IMG/VR virus record: IMGVR_UViG_3300029267_002158
Location: 1 to 64,000 of that record
Source: a virus
Direction: 5' to 3' (one strand)
DNA: 64,000 nucleotides
Positions 26,335-35,743 of this stretch are shown here, piece after piece. The notes beneath the pieces were generated by a model, which saw only the letters and a list, made by a program, of their open reading frames with translations, was not told where the DNA came from and ran no database searches. How positions within the stretch are numbered: the first letter of the stretch is position 1; the number at the start of each line of letters is the position of its first letter. A program made the translations under genes and the position numbers.

Positions 26335-26448
26335 GATAAACGAGGACAGATTTAGTCTAATTCAAAGCAAGGAACTTGGTTACTGGAAGAACACGCATTG
26401 CGATCCTAGGGGCCGTGGTATCATTACGACAGAAGGTTCATCAGTCAC

Positions 26449-26937
26449 ATGAGGAGGTTTGATACTGTTGTTGATGTCGGGAGTGGCCCTGTCCCGTATT
26501 TCTGCAATCACAACGTAAGGTTCGGGCGAGCGGTTGCCGTAGATCCCCTTGCTGTACCTTATTCCAAGATAGACAAATACCAACCATTCGTCAGCAAGTG
26601 CGAGTACTCGACGGCGAGCGGAACCGTCGAGTTATTAAGCGGCTTTGCTGATGCTGTGTTTTGCATGAATACATTGGACCACTGCCAAGATCCAGCGTTT
26701 GTTCTGGGTGAGCTGAAGAGGATTGCAAGGCCAGTAAGTAAATTGTTTTTTCAGTGCGATGTTGGCAAGAAGCCAGACCACCTGCACCCGCACACCATTG
26801 ATGCAGACTGGGTATCAAGTGTGCTTTTGAAATGGTTTTCTCCTATTGTGAATTATACCTCAAAGAGTTGGAAATTTGATTGCGATGTCTTATGGTTTGT
26901 GGGAGATATGAAAAATGAAAATAGTCCACGTCAGTAA
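26449..26937 (+). CDS. Class I SAM-dependent methyltransferase (possibly split from 26327..26452)
   Basis: VVDVGSGP, AVDPL, VFCMNTLDH..DP. Confidence 0.8.
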   Translation: MRRFDTVVDVGSGPVPYFCNHNVRFGRAVAVDPLAVPYSKIDKYQPFVSKCEYSTASGTVELLSGFADAVFCMNTLDHCQDPAFVLGELKRIARPVSKLFFQCDVGKKPDHLHPHTIDADWVSSVLLKWFSPIVNYTSKSWKFDCDVLWFVGDMKNENSPRQ

Positions 26938-27865
26938 ACGAAAGAAGCATGACAAAGACGGTTTGCACCTTGGTGGAGTCGAGGCGTTTTCAAGCTACCT
27001 GAAGGAGGTGATTCCTGAAATGGAATTGTTCTCCTGGCTCGATTTCAATGATTGGCTCGCGACCCCGGACATACCAGACTTCGAGAGGGCCTCGATGCTA
27101 AACACTTACCTCTTGGAAGTTGGCGGGATTGACGAAGAAACAATTGTCATAGTCGATGGGTACTGGGGGCTCGGCCTAGAGGGGAAGGTAGCGCGATTAA
27201 TATCCGTTTGTCACGGCAGCTTGTATGGCCGGTTTATTCAGTCCCAGATTTATCCTTGGGGCGGAGTGGTCGATATGGAAGAGGTTGAGGCTCAGCTATA
27301 CATGTTTAAAAACTCAGAGGTAGTAAGTGTATCGTCCGAGTCTCATTTAGAGTTGCTCAAAGCCGGCGTACCAGGGTCAACTGTTATTCGTCACGGCGTA
27401 CCGCTAGACAAGTTCATGCCGTATCAAAAGAAGAGAGATGTGTGGATGCACGCTGCAACATCAGCGCGCAAGGGCGCGGATCTCTTGCATCATATTGCAG
27501 CCGAGGTCGGAGAGGGGTTCAGCATCGAAGCCATGAATGAGCGCAGTGGCATACCAAAGAAAAAGTCTATGAGACTGTCCCAAGCCAAGGCTCTTATTGC
27601 TCCTACAAGGCACGAGGGAAATTCCTATTTGCTCCTCGAAGCACTTGCTAGCGGAACACCGTTGCTGACATATCAAACGGGTCTCGCTTGTGAGATGGAT
27701 GAGAGATGTGGTATTATCACAGACGATTTATCTCCAGCGAACTTTGGGAGGCATATCAGGCATTGGGATGAATACACCTTTGCCCCACGAGAATGGGCAG
27801 AAGAGAATTTCTGTTTTGCAGATTTCGAGAGAGATTGGAGAGATTACCTTGACTATCCTGATTGA
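26915..27865 (+). CDS. Glycosyltransferase, GT-B (GT4-like)
   Basis: GGVE, VI.HGV, RKG, HEGNSYLLLEALASGTP. Confidence 0.85.
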   Translation: MKIVHVSKRKKHDKDGLHLGGVEAFSSYLKEVIPEMELFSWLDFNDWLATPDIPDFERASMLNTYLLEVGGIDEETIVIVDGYWGLGLEGKVARLISVCHGSLYGRFIQSQIYPWGGVVDMEEVEAQLYMFKNSEVVSVSSESHLELLKAGVPGSTVIRHGVPLDKFMPYQKKRDVWMHAATSARKGADLLHHIAAEVGEGFSIEAMNERSGIPKKKSMRLSQAKALIAPTRHEGNSYLLLEALASGTPLLTYQTGLACEMDERCGIITDDLSPANFGRHIRHWDEYTFAPREWAEENFCFADFERDWRDYLDYPD

Positions 27866-30800
27866 GATACCAACAAAGGGCAGGGATTCAACACTGGGTC
27901 GTTGCCTTGCGGCCCTGTACAATCAGTCGTGTCAGGGCTTCGATGTGCTAATTCTGAATGATGGCTACCATCCCGTCGGTGATACAAAGACAACGGAGTT
28001 TATCATTTCAGAGATGGCGAGGCACCATGACATCTCTGTCCGGGATGGCTCACGCATCAGTCAAGCGCACAATCACAACATGCCGCTTTATGATCGTGAG
28101 CTTCTGGATTACGAGTACATTCTTCGCCTCGACGACGACATTCTACTTGATCGTACAGCACTGGCAAGGATGGTTGCTTTTATGGACAAGCACCCCAATG
28201 TCGGCGCTGTCTCCGGTTTGTGGTTTGAGATGGAGTGGAAGGACAAAGAGTGGCATGACCGCGCAGAGATGAGCTTTAGCCCTGAAACTAAGCAAGAGAC
28301 AAGCGGCGACGTCGGGGCTGTCAACTCTAATTGGCAGCAGAGGATGTACCATCCGTCCAACGAGCCACAGGCTGTAAACCACCTTTATGGGCCGTGCATG
28401 TATCGAGCCGGCGCAATGCGTCATGCGGGCGGCTGGCCGGAGGTATACAGCAAGGGGGTGGCTCACGGCGAGGAAACAGATGGTACCTTTCGTCTGTGTA
28501 TAGACGGGTTCGATCTTTTTGTGCTACCTGACGTCACTGGGCAACATCTAAAGACCAGCGGTGGTATTAGGGCCGACAAGGACGTTGGAAAGAAGCAGTT
28601 TACCGACTGTATAAAATGGAGAAACAGGCTTCCGCTGATAGAGGGTATAAATTTCAACCCCACTGTCGCAGTGTGGTGCCAGCATTCATTTGGAGTCGGC
28701 GGTGCCCAGAGACAGTTTTATCAAACAGTTAGCTTGTTGCAATCCAAGTCTGGGCTCAGAGTAGATCCCGTCTTTACGTCCCAGTATATGCAGCCCGAAG
28801 AGTGCGAAGAAGTCTTCGGCGTCTCCTACGAGGAGCGCGATCCACTGGATGAATACGATGTGTGCATTGTCATGGGGCATGAGCCATTTGTGCCCGTGAA
28901 AGCGAAGCACTACATTTTGTACGTCTTCTTTCCCGAACCAAAGGCGGTGTTGCAAAGTAATTTTGACAGCAGAATAAGAGCGATAGTGGGCAACAGCAAG
29001 TATACCGCTCAATGGATAGAGAACAGGTGGCGTTACAAAGCAAGTCACATATATCCCGCAGTGGACATGATAGGCGTGGACGATGCAGAGAAAGATGACC
29101 TTATCCTCTGTGTCAGCCGAGGAGATCCGCACAAAGCGCCTATGTGGCTGATGGAGAGATTCAAGGAAATTGATCTCCCTGGCTGGGAATTTCATCTAGT
29201 TATGGCTACCACTGGCGGCGTCTACACGTCATACGAGGAACAACTGCGGGAATTTGCAAGCAAGAACGACGATATTTTCATTCATGAGAATGTCAGCGAT
29301 GACGACCTGGTTAAAATGTATCGCAGGTCAAAGATTCTCTGGTCCGCAAATGGCATTCACGGTTCTGAGAACCCGCAAAACGCAGAGCATTTTGGGTTGA
29401 CACCAATTGAATCGTGGTCTGCAAAGTGTCTGCCGATTGTGTTTGACTGGGGCGGGCACAAGGAAACGGTGGACAAGTGCTTCAGGTGGAGCGACGCAGA
29501 TTCTCTAAAGAAGCTGACCGTCAAGGTTGCGCAAGAGGGGTACGGAGTGTTTGGTTGTGGCGAGCCAGTGGCTCTTTCTCTGTACAACGAGGGGGATTAT
29601 GCCTGGGAATTTGAGCAACTTATCAGGAGGGTAAACGCCCTGGCTTTGAATGTCGAGAGAGTGGAAGTAACAGAGGTGAAAGCGCCAAAGATTCGTGTTG
29701 GAGCCTGGACGGATTCCCCAAGACTGACAACCGGCTTTGGGACTGTTGCGAGCCAGATTTACAACCTTCTGGGGAAGCAAAATGATATTGAGCTTTGCGT
29801 CTTCGGCATGATGGATTCTATGCACGCTAGGCCAGATGAGGAGATGCCATTCCATTTTATGCCATCGCCATTGTCAGATCCGGAGGGCTGCGGAAACAAA
29901 ACAATGCCCCACTTTTTCAACTGGGCTAGGCCAGACGTAATGTTTTGGCTTTACGATCCGGGAGGTATGAACTCTCAAATATCCACTGCGAAAATCACCG
30001 GCTGGTCAGGGCCGAACGTCGCTTATTTTCCCATTGAGGGATTGCCCGCCCCAAGGCCTGTTGGTCAGCTTGTGTCAAATATTGAATATCCCGTGACCTA
30101 TTGCAAGTCAGCAGCGGAGCACATCAAGCTGCTGACTGGCACAGATGTTGATTTTGCGTATCACGGTATAGATCATGCCCCGTTTGAACCGCTGAATGAT
30201 AGAGACAGGAATCAGATTAGAAATTTAGTTGGGTGGGGCGATAAGTTTGTGATCATTAACGTGGGCACAAACAAGAGGGTAAAGCAACAGCCCTATCTCA
30301 TAGAAATGATGAGGCACATTCTTAAGATGGGGCATGACGACATCTATCTGTATATGCACACCAAGGCATTTGACAATCACGTCCTGCAAGGATGGGTTTT
30401 GGACTATATCAGGGACCTGTACTCTGCGATTGACGGCAGCGATTTAAAGAAGCATATTCTGTTTCCGAGAGATCATGCAAAGTGGGCAGGCCCGCCATAC
30501 AAATTCCATGAAGATATACCGGTGTGGAAAATGACAAAGCCTCCCCTTCCAAGCATGAGGGGTGCAATATTCGAGGCACTGGACTTGATAACAAGGTACC
30601 AGATTGCCGACCTGTACGTTGATACGTCATCCGTAGAGGGATGGGGATTGCCCACTCTTGAATCTGTGGCTTGCGGCACACCAGCAATAACCGTTGACGA
30701 CGGGCATGTCAGGAGCGAGGTTCATTCAAAATATTGCTACACCGTAAGTCCAAAGCACTGGACAACATGGCATACTGGCGCAAGGTTGCAGCTTATTGAT

Positions 30801-30962
30801 CCTGAAGAGATGGCGCAGAAGGTTATCGACGTTCGCAAATTCTGTCGATTCGAGGCGGAATACAAGTCAAAGATGGTGCGTGACGATCTCCCTTGGGAGC
30901 CAACGTGTGAAAAGTTCCTGGGGCTTATAAGGACCGCCTATGGAAAACTCGAAAGGCAATAA
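27849..30962 (+). CDS. Three-domain glycosyltransferase (GT2 + GT4 + GT4)
   Basis: IPTKGR...LDDD...GEETD; GGAQR...EHFGLTPIES; TGFG...EGWGLPTLESVACGTP; TTG start inferred. Confidence 0.9.
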   Translation: MTILIEIPTKGRDSTLGRCLAALYNQSCQGFDVLILNDGYHPVGDTKTTEFIISEMARHHDISVRDGSRISQAHNHNMPLYDRELLDYEYILRLDDDILLDRTALARMVAFMDKHPNVGAVSGLWFEMEWKDKEWHDRAEMSFSPETKQETSGDVGAVNSNWQQRMYHPSNEPQAVNHLYGPCMYRAGAMRHAGGWPEVYSKGVAHGEETDGTFRLCIDGFDLFVLPDVTGQHLKTSGGIRADKDVGKKQFTDCIKWRNRLPLIEGINFNPTVAVWCQHSFGVGGAQRQFYQTVSLLQSKSGLRVDPVFTSQYMQPEECEEVFGVSYEERDPLDEYDVCIVMGHEPFVPVKAKHYILYVFFPEPKAVLQSNFDSRIRAIVGNSKYTAQWIENRWRYKASHIYPAVDMIGVDDAEKDDLILCVSRGDPHKAPMWLMERFKEIDLPGWEFHLVMATTGGVYTSYEEQLREFASKNDDIFIHENVSDDDLVKMYRRSKILWSANGIHGSENPQNAEHFGLTPIESWSAKCLPIVFDWGGHKETVDKCFRWSDADSLKKLTVKVAQEGYGVFGCGEPVALSLYNEGDYAWEFEQLIRRVNALALNVERVEVTEVKAPKIRVGAWTDSPRLTTGFGTVASQIYNLLGKQNDIELCVFGMMDSMHARPDEEMPFHFMPSPLSDPEGCGNKTMPHFFNWARPDVMFWLYDPGGMNSQISTAKITGWSGPNVAYFPIEGLPAPRPVGQLVSNIEYPVTYCKSAAEHIKLLTGTDVDFAYHGIDHAPFEPLNDRDRNQIRNLVGWGDKFVIINVGTNKRVKQQPYLIEMMRHILKMGHDDIYLYMHTKAFDNHVLQGWVLDYIRDLYSAIDGSDLKKHILFPRDHAKWAGPPYKFHEDIPVWKMTKPPLPSMRGAIFEALDLITRYQIADLYVDTSSVEGWGLPTLESVACGTPAITVDDGHVRSEVHSKYCYTVSPKHWTTWHTGARLQLIDPEEMAQKVIDVRKFCRFEAEYKSKMVRDDLPWEPTCEKFLGLIRTAYGKLERQ

Positions 30963-31149
30963 CTACGACTACACCATAGCAGTTGATTATCAAGGCGACT
31001 GGGTGCGCTGCAATTGTGGCAGGGCCTTGTTTTGGGTTAGCATAGCATACGGCGTAGTGAATATCAAATGCCCCTCTTGTGGCAAGGTTGTTCGCGTTGT
31101 TCTAGGAGTGATGATAAAGGAACGACTTGACAATGTAGAGCAAACGTGA
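30940..31149 (+). CDS. Mu Com-like Zn-ribbon regulator
   Basis: VRCNCGRALF...VNIKCPSCGKV. Confidence 0.7.
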   Translation: MENSKGNNYDYTIAVDYQGDWVRCNCGRALFWVSIAYGVVNIKCPSCGKVVRVVLGVMIKERLDNVEQT

Positions 31150-31155
31150 TATAAT
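31127..31155 (+). promoter_or_regulatory. Consensus sigma70-type promoter for head genes
   Basis: TTGACA-17 nt-TATAAT with TGn. Confidence 0.85.
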
Positions 31156-31196
31156 AACAGATAATTACGTAATTGAGCCCATCAGACCGTTGAGTC

Positions 31197-31235
31197 AACA
31201 GGGCCGCGTGAAACTTGCGCGGCCCTGTTTTTTTT
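31197..31235 (+). terminator. Intrinsic terminator-like hairpin in the head-operon leader
   Basis: AACAGGGCCGCG...CGCGGCCCTGTT then T8, abutting GGAGG SD. Confidence 0.8.
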
Positions 31236-31245
31236 GGAGGTTCTT

Positions 31246-32400
31246 ATGCCAGCAGCGTTAGATAGTTGCGTGGAATCACTTTTGACAAAATGGGACAAGG
31301 ACCCGTCCAGCAGGCCAACTCCAAAGAAGGACGAGGAAGGGAAGCCACAGGACGCAAAGTCTCAGGCAACCGCCATTTGCCAGTCTTCGCAAAAGAAAGA
31401 TGAGCCGAAGAAGGAAACCCCGCCGTCCACTTCAAAGAAAGAAGAGCTGGAGTGGAACAACCCCACTATCACCGGAATGGCTCTGACAAACAGGCCGCAT
31501 ATCAAGGGGCTAGATCCTATTTCCTGGATTCAGGAGGGTGGCAAGAAGCTGTTAAAGGTCCCGTTGCTCATTCTGGGGAAGTGGTCTCACCCAACAGGCG
31601 TGTTGAATTTCAGCAAAGAAACCATTGATAGAATGGTAGCCAACTTCAAGGACAGGCTCGTCGGTCACGACATATCAATTGACGCTAAGCATCTGCCAGA
31701 GATTGGGGCAGTCGGGTGGACGGAGAGGTTTGATTCCGAGGTCCGCGCCGACGGAAAAACGCAATTCTTTGCCGTAGCCGAAGCAACCGCCGCCGGAGCA
31801 AAGATTGTTGACGAGAAGCGATACCGTTACGCCTCTCTGGAGTTCCACACGAATTGGGAACACCCTCTTCGGGCAGCTTTGTCAACAGATGAGTTAGCAC
31901 CGTTTACAGAGGAGGCTATTATGCCTAACGAGAACGTCATCAGTCTTGAAGCTCAGTTGGATGAGGCTAACAAGTCTCAGCGCGATCTTCAAGAGGCTTT
32001 GAGGCTGGAGGAGGAAAAGCGCAGCAAGCTGGAGGAGCGGCTTGTCGTGCTGGAGAAGCAGAATTATCGCCAGAGCGTCGATAGCATCTTGCTTAAAGCT
32101 GAGGCGTATCGAGACGAGAAAAACAGGGGGCACAGCAAGACCATTCTTGACTGGGCTCGCGATGTTTTTCTTGAGGAGTCTATTGGCGAGGACGACACAG
32201 CAATAGAGCTGGAAGACAGGATGGATACTGGGCAAGTACGCTCCTATTATCGTCGCGCAATTGCACGCTTGCTGGAAATACTACCTGGCGCGGTTCCGAT
32301 GAGCGCCGGGGTCAGCGACCCGGACAAAAAGCGTTTTCTCTCTGATGACATTGATGAGGAATCCATGGCCGACGCTGTGAAGCAGATGTGGGAAGCATAA
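31246..32400 (+). CDS. Mu gpI-like prohead protease / scaffold
   Basis: MVANF, IDAKH, AVGW, YRYASLEF, ALTNRP; coiled-coil C-half. Confidence 0.85.
   Translation: MPAALDSCVESLLTKWDKDPSSRPTPKKDEEGKPQDAKSQATAICQSSQKKDEPKKETPPSTSKKEELEWNNPTITGMALTNRPHIKGLDPISWIQEGGKKLLKVPLLILGKWSHPTGVLNFSKETIDRMVANFKDRLVGHDISIDAKHLPEIGAVGWTERFDSEVRADGKTQFFAVAEATAAGAKIVDEKRYRYASLEFHTNWEHPLRAALSTDELAPFTEEAIMPNENVISLEAQLDEANKSQRDLQEALRLEEEKRSKLEERLVVLEKQNYRQSVDSILLKAEAYRDEKNRGHSKTILDWARDVFLEESIGEDDTAIELEDRMDTGQVRSYYRRAIARLLEILPGAVPMSAGVSDPDKKRFLSDDIDEESMADAVKQMWEA
31921..32400 (+). CDS. Nested in-frame scaffolding protein (Mu gpZ-like)
   Basis: Internal GAGGAGG SD then in-frame ATG 31921, followed by coiled coil. 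Confidence 0.65.
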   Translation: MPNENVISLEAQLDEANKSQRDLQEALRLEEEKRSKLEERLVVLEKQNYRQSVDSILLKAEAYRDEKNRGHSKTILDWARDVFLEESIGEDDTAIELEDRMDTGQVRSYYRRAIARLLEILPGAVPMSAGVSDPDKKRFLSDDIDEESMADAVKQMWEA

Positions 32401-32410
32401 GGAGGACAAC

Positions 32411-32800
32411 ATGCCTTTCCGAACAGAGCGCACGCACCGTCAGGTGTACGATGTCCTCCGGGACAATCATTTTAGCGTCCACAAGTCACGGGTGTTCGAT
32501 AGCTCGTACATCGCCGCTGACACTTATCAGAATAAGTACTTGTACCCTGGCATGATCCTTGCCAAGGACAGCTCGACGAACAAGTACGTTCCATACAATG
32601 CCGCTGCCAGCTACGGAACCGGCTCCAATACGGCTGTAGGCGTCCTTGTTGATTTTTGGGATATGACCTACGGCGACAAAATCGTCGCGCCGGTTTGGCA
32701 CGCTGCCGTCAGGGAGGATTACTGCTTCGTTTACGGTGGAGCGCTTGGCACTGTGCCCGCTGCGGTAAAAACGGCCCTTGACGATATTGAGTGGGTCTAA
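32411..32800 (+). CDS. Head decoration protein (lambda gpD-like)
   Basis: Between scaffold and MCP; PGMILAK....KYVPY...AVGVL. Confidence 0.75.
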   Translation: MPFRTERTHRQVYDVLRDNHFSVHKSRVFDSSYIAADTYQNKYLYPGMILAKDSSTNKYVPYNAAASYGTGSNTAVGVLVDFWDMTYGDKIVAPVWHAAVREDYCFVYGGALGTVPAAVKTALDDIEWV

Positions 32801-32815
32801 GGAGGCAATTGAGAG

Positions 32816-33970
32816 ATGGCAACTTATCCTAATCCGCTTACAACCACGTTTATGGACAAAGCGATCAAAGAACGGCCCACCAAAGAGGCTATCAAGCAGA
32901 GTTACATCGGGCTTAGTATTCTACCAATGAAAGATGTCCCGGACTACGAATTGACCTGGGATATTATCAAGCACCAGAACCATCTTGCCGGCGTGTATTC
33001 TCACACCGGTGTTCCGATTCCTGGTGATGACCCAGACTTCAAGCAAGTAATGGCTGATGTGATCAATATCATGGCCGCGAGGGTTATGGACGATCAGTCA
33101 GTCATGGTGTTGAGGGACCCTGGTGAGCCGTCGCTCCGCAGCAACATCGTAAATTCAGCGAAGCAAAAGGCGATGAAGCAATTAGCCAATAAGATTGCCA
33201 GCGCTGACGATGAGGTAGAGGCCGTTATCGAATACCTCATTATGCAGTCATTGCAGGGTAGCATTACCTGGCCGCCAAAGGACGACGACGGTAACGCGAT
33301 TGCCAATACGCCGGCTTATTGGGGCGACGTGTCATTTACGCTCTCGCTTGGGTTTCGCTCTGCGTACACCCAGAATATCTCCACGCTGGCCGGATGGGAT
33401 GGCAGATCTGGTGGAGGGTACAACTGGAAGCACGCCAACGCCGATCCGATGCTTGACCTTGAGGTTTTGGACGGGTTATTCACAAAGACCTCCGGCCTGA
33501 GTATGGACGGAGCAAAGATAATTATGTCCCGGTCGGTGTTGAGCTATATGGCGACCCGCCCGAACGTGATTAACTGGTTCAAGGGAACTGATTCCGGAAT
33601 CAAGTATATTCCCGTTCACGAGCTAAAGGACTACATCAAGCTCAAAACCGGCTTCAACATCCAGACATACGATGCTAGGTGGACGTATGCTACTCCCACC
33701 AAGAGCGCTTCTGGTCAGACGGAGAACCTTGTACACTTTCTAAAGGAAGGAAAGATGCTGGTTATCCCGAAAGGCGCACTTGGTCGTGACATCGCGTACT
33801 TTGCCACTGCCCCAACGAGTGGCGCGGACGATAGTTACAAGCCTGGCAAGTACACTTGGGCCGAGAAGCTGAAAAAGCCCCCCTGGAAATGGGAGGTTGG
33901 TGTCGGGATCAAGGGTTTCCCGATTCTGAAGTCAGTTCGGGAAATTGGCGTCTTTGATGTTTTCAACTAG
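32816..33970 (+). CDS. Major capsid protein (lambda gpE-like)
   Basis: 384 aa, position, IEYLIMQSLQGSI, W...NADPMLDL, C-terminal GFP. Confidence 0.85.
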   Translation: MATYPNPLTTTFMDKAIKERPTKEAIKQSYIGLSILPMKDVPDYELTWDIIKHQNHLAGVYSHTGVPIPGDDPDFKQVMADVINIMAARVMDDQSVMVLRDPGEPSLRSNIVNSAKQKAMKQLANKIASADDEVEAVIEYLIMQSLQGSITWPPKDDDGNAIANTPAYWGDVSFTLSLGFRSAYTQNISTLAGWDGRSGGGYNWKHANADPMLDLEVLDGLFTKTSGLSMDGAKIIMSRSVLSYMATRPNVINWFKGTDSGIKYIPVHELKDYIKLKTGFNIQTYDARWTYATPTKSASGQTENLVHFLKEGKMLVIPKGALGRDIAYFATAPTSGADDSYKPGKYTWAEKLKKPPWKWEVGVGIKGFPILKSVREIGVFDVFN

Positions 33971-34570
33971 ATGACAGCGCCTACAAGGCCGTATTCGACA
34001 CCGTCGCAGGTTTCATATCTGCTACAAAACAGGTTCTACGGGCAGTCTCCGTCCGCACTGACTGTCCCGTCAAGCACCGTTATAACGCAGTTGATCGTAT
34101 GGGCCGACGGCGTGATTGAGATGGAATTTCACGCCGTTGGTTACAAGATGCCGTTCGCTGAGATCTCAGGCGAGACGTGGCCTACGCCGCAAACGACGCT
34201 ACTCTCTTACATGAGTGCAATCGGTGCTGCCGCGATGGCTGGCGGACACATCTTGAAGCCTGCACCCGCTATGTCTCCTGGAAACAAAGGTAGTCAGGGA
34301 AGTGTATATGGAAAGGCGTTCGAGGCGATGCAGGCGCACATAAAAGAGGACGGGTATCGTTTCAGGTCGCAGTACTACTCTGCCTCGAAGGCTGAGAAAT
34401 GGATTGCGGAGTCGTATGGACCAAGGATGGACTTCCTGGAGGACTATTACGATCCGACCCGGTATATGCTACTCAAGGAGTATACCGAGGAGATGCAAGG
34501 TGTTTTCCAGGACATAACAGAGTTTAACATCGACTGGGATTATTTGTACAGGCTCAGGAGTGCAAACTAG
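33971..34570 (+). CDS. Head-tail adaptor (putative)
   Basis: Position after MCP; PYST..QV, A...I.......GY.MP. Confidence 0.6.
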   Translation: MTAPTRPYSTPSQVSYLLQNRFYGQSPSALTVPSSTVITQLIVWADGVIEMEFHAVGYKMPFAEISGETWPTPQTTLLSYMSAIGAAAMAGGHILKPAPAMSPGNKGSQGSVYGKAFEAMQAHIKEDGYRFRSQYYSASKAEKWIAESYGPRMDFLEDYYDPTRYMLLKEYTEEMQGVFQDITEFNIDWDYLYRLRSAN

Positions 34571-35183
34571 CGTGCCAGTAATAAGGAATCTGTTTGGAAA
34601 ACTTAAACACGCAGCGCGAGATGCGGGCAAAGATCGCGGGCAACTGGCTGAAGGCGCAGCCAAGAAGGTGAACAAAATCTTCTTCGCAGCCGTTGTTGAT
34701 AAGCAGCCGGTGGCCGAGGCTGACAGTTGGGATCAATCAACTACATCTAGCGAGCGTCAGGGGCACGTTGAAATAAGACGTGGGTGGGGAGAGGGGCCGA
34801 TAGTCATTTACAAGAGCATAGGTGACGTATCAATATCCCTGAGAAACGTTTCTGAACACACAAAGTACCTTGTGTGGAGTATTGGCGGAATAGTGAATCC
34901 CAAACTCGGCACAAGGAAGCACGATATTCCTCCGAGCGGCACGGCAAAGACGGTTTACGGACACCCGCTTGCATTCTGGTGGAAAAAAGAGATACGGCCA
35001 GAAGTCAGGTGGAGTATGGTTGGTCATCCTGGCACGGAGGGCACGCTAGCGGATCGCCACGAAGGAATGGACTTTGTTCAGGCCGCTTGGTCAGATGTCA
35101 AGGATGAAGCAGAAGCAATTATTTACAACGAGATCGAGAAGGCTGCCTTTGGCTGGCTGCGCCGCTTCGGTGATTCGTTGTGA
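34560..35183 (+). CDS. Neck / tail completion protein (putative)
   Basis: GTRKHDI...LAFWW...V.HPGT...FV..AW. Confidence 0.6.
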   Translation: MQTSVPVIRNLFGKLKHAARDAGKDRGQLAEGAAKKVNKIFFAAVVDKQPVAEADSWDQSTTSSERQGHVEIRRGWGEGPIVIYKSIGDVSISLRNVSEHTKYLVWSIGGIVNPKLGTRKHDIPPSGTAKTVYGHPLAFWWKKEIRPEVRWSMVGHPGTEGTLADRHEGMDFVQAAWSDVKDEAEAIIYNEIEKAAFGWLRRFGDSL

Positions 35184-35734
35184 ATGAGCGCGCAGCCGTA
35201 CAGGCGGTTTACACAGTCCTGGATAGCGCCAGAGCGTCACTTGTCACGGGCATTACGCACAATGGTGTCGCCAGAACAATAAAGCATCTATCAACTACAA
35301 ACCTTGCTGCCCCTGTTGAGTACTACGCGGTGAGTGTGGAATGCACAAGCTGCAAGGAGTTCTCGATGCAGGGTGCAAACTCGGTAGCCGGTGTTCCATG
35401 GGCTGTATATGAGATGGTCATTCAGCTTGGCGACGTGGCGAACATTCAGCCGTCAAGTGACACGAACCCGTACGAAACAGCGCACGCAGACTTCAGAAAG
35501 TTAAGAGACAGAGTGGTTAAGCTGATTAGGGAAACGGTGAAGTGGATGCCGGCCTCTTCGGCTAATCCAAGGTTCAGGCTGGCGGTTGGCAACGGCGAGT
35601 ACGACCGGCCTGTCAGTGTGGAGAATCAGAATTTTACCTTTTCTGACATAGAGGACGTGGAGTACGCAATGCTTTTTAGTAGAATTTCTTTCAGTTTGCA
35701 AGATCATTGTTCTGATAGCTCGTTGCTTTATTAG
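35180..35734 (+). CDS. Tail terminator-like protein (putative)
   Basis: Size, position and alpha/beta pattern. Confidence 0.5.
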   Translation: MNERAAVQAVYTVLDSARASLVTGITHNGVARTIKHLSTTNLAAPVEYYAVSVECTSCKEFSMQGANSVAGVPWAVYEMVIQLGDVANIQPSSDTNPYETAHADFRKLRDRVVKLIRETVKWMPASSANPRFRLAVGNGEYDRPVSVENQNFTFSDIEDVEYAMLFSRISFSLQDHCSDSSLLY

Positions 35735-35743
35735 GAGTAAATT

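Noticed and set aside
22290-30962. GT/MTase block as a DNA hypermodification system or captured host LPS/capsule locus
   Set aside because: No base-modifying enzymes, flippase, polymerase or NDP-sugar genes; genes are overlap-coupled within virion operons. Disfavoured, not disproved
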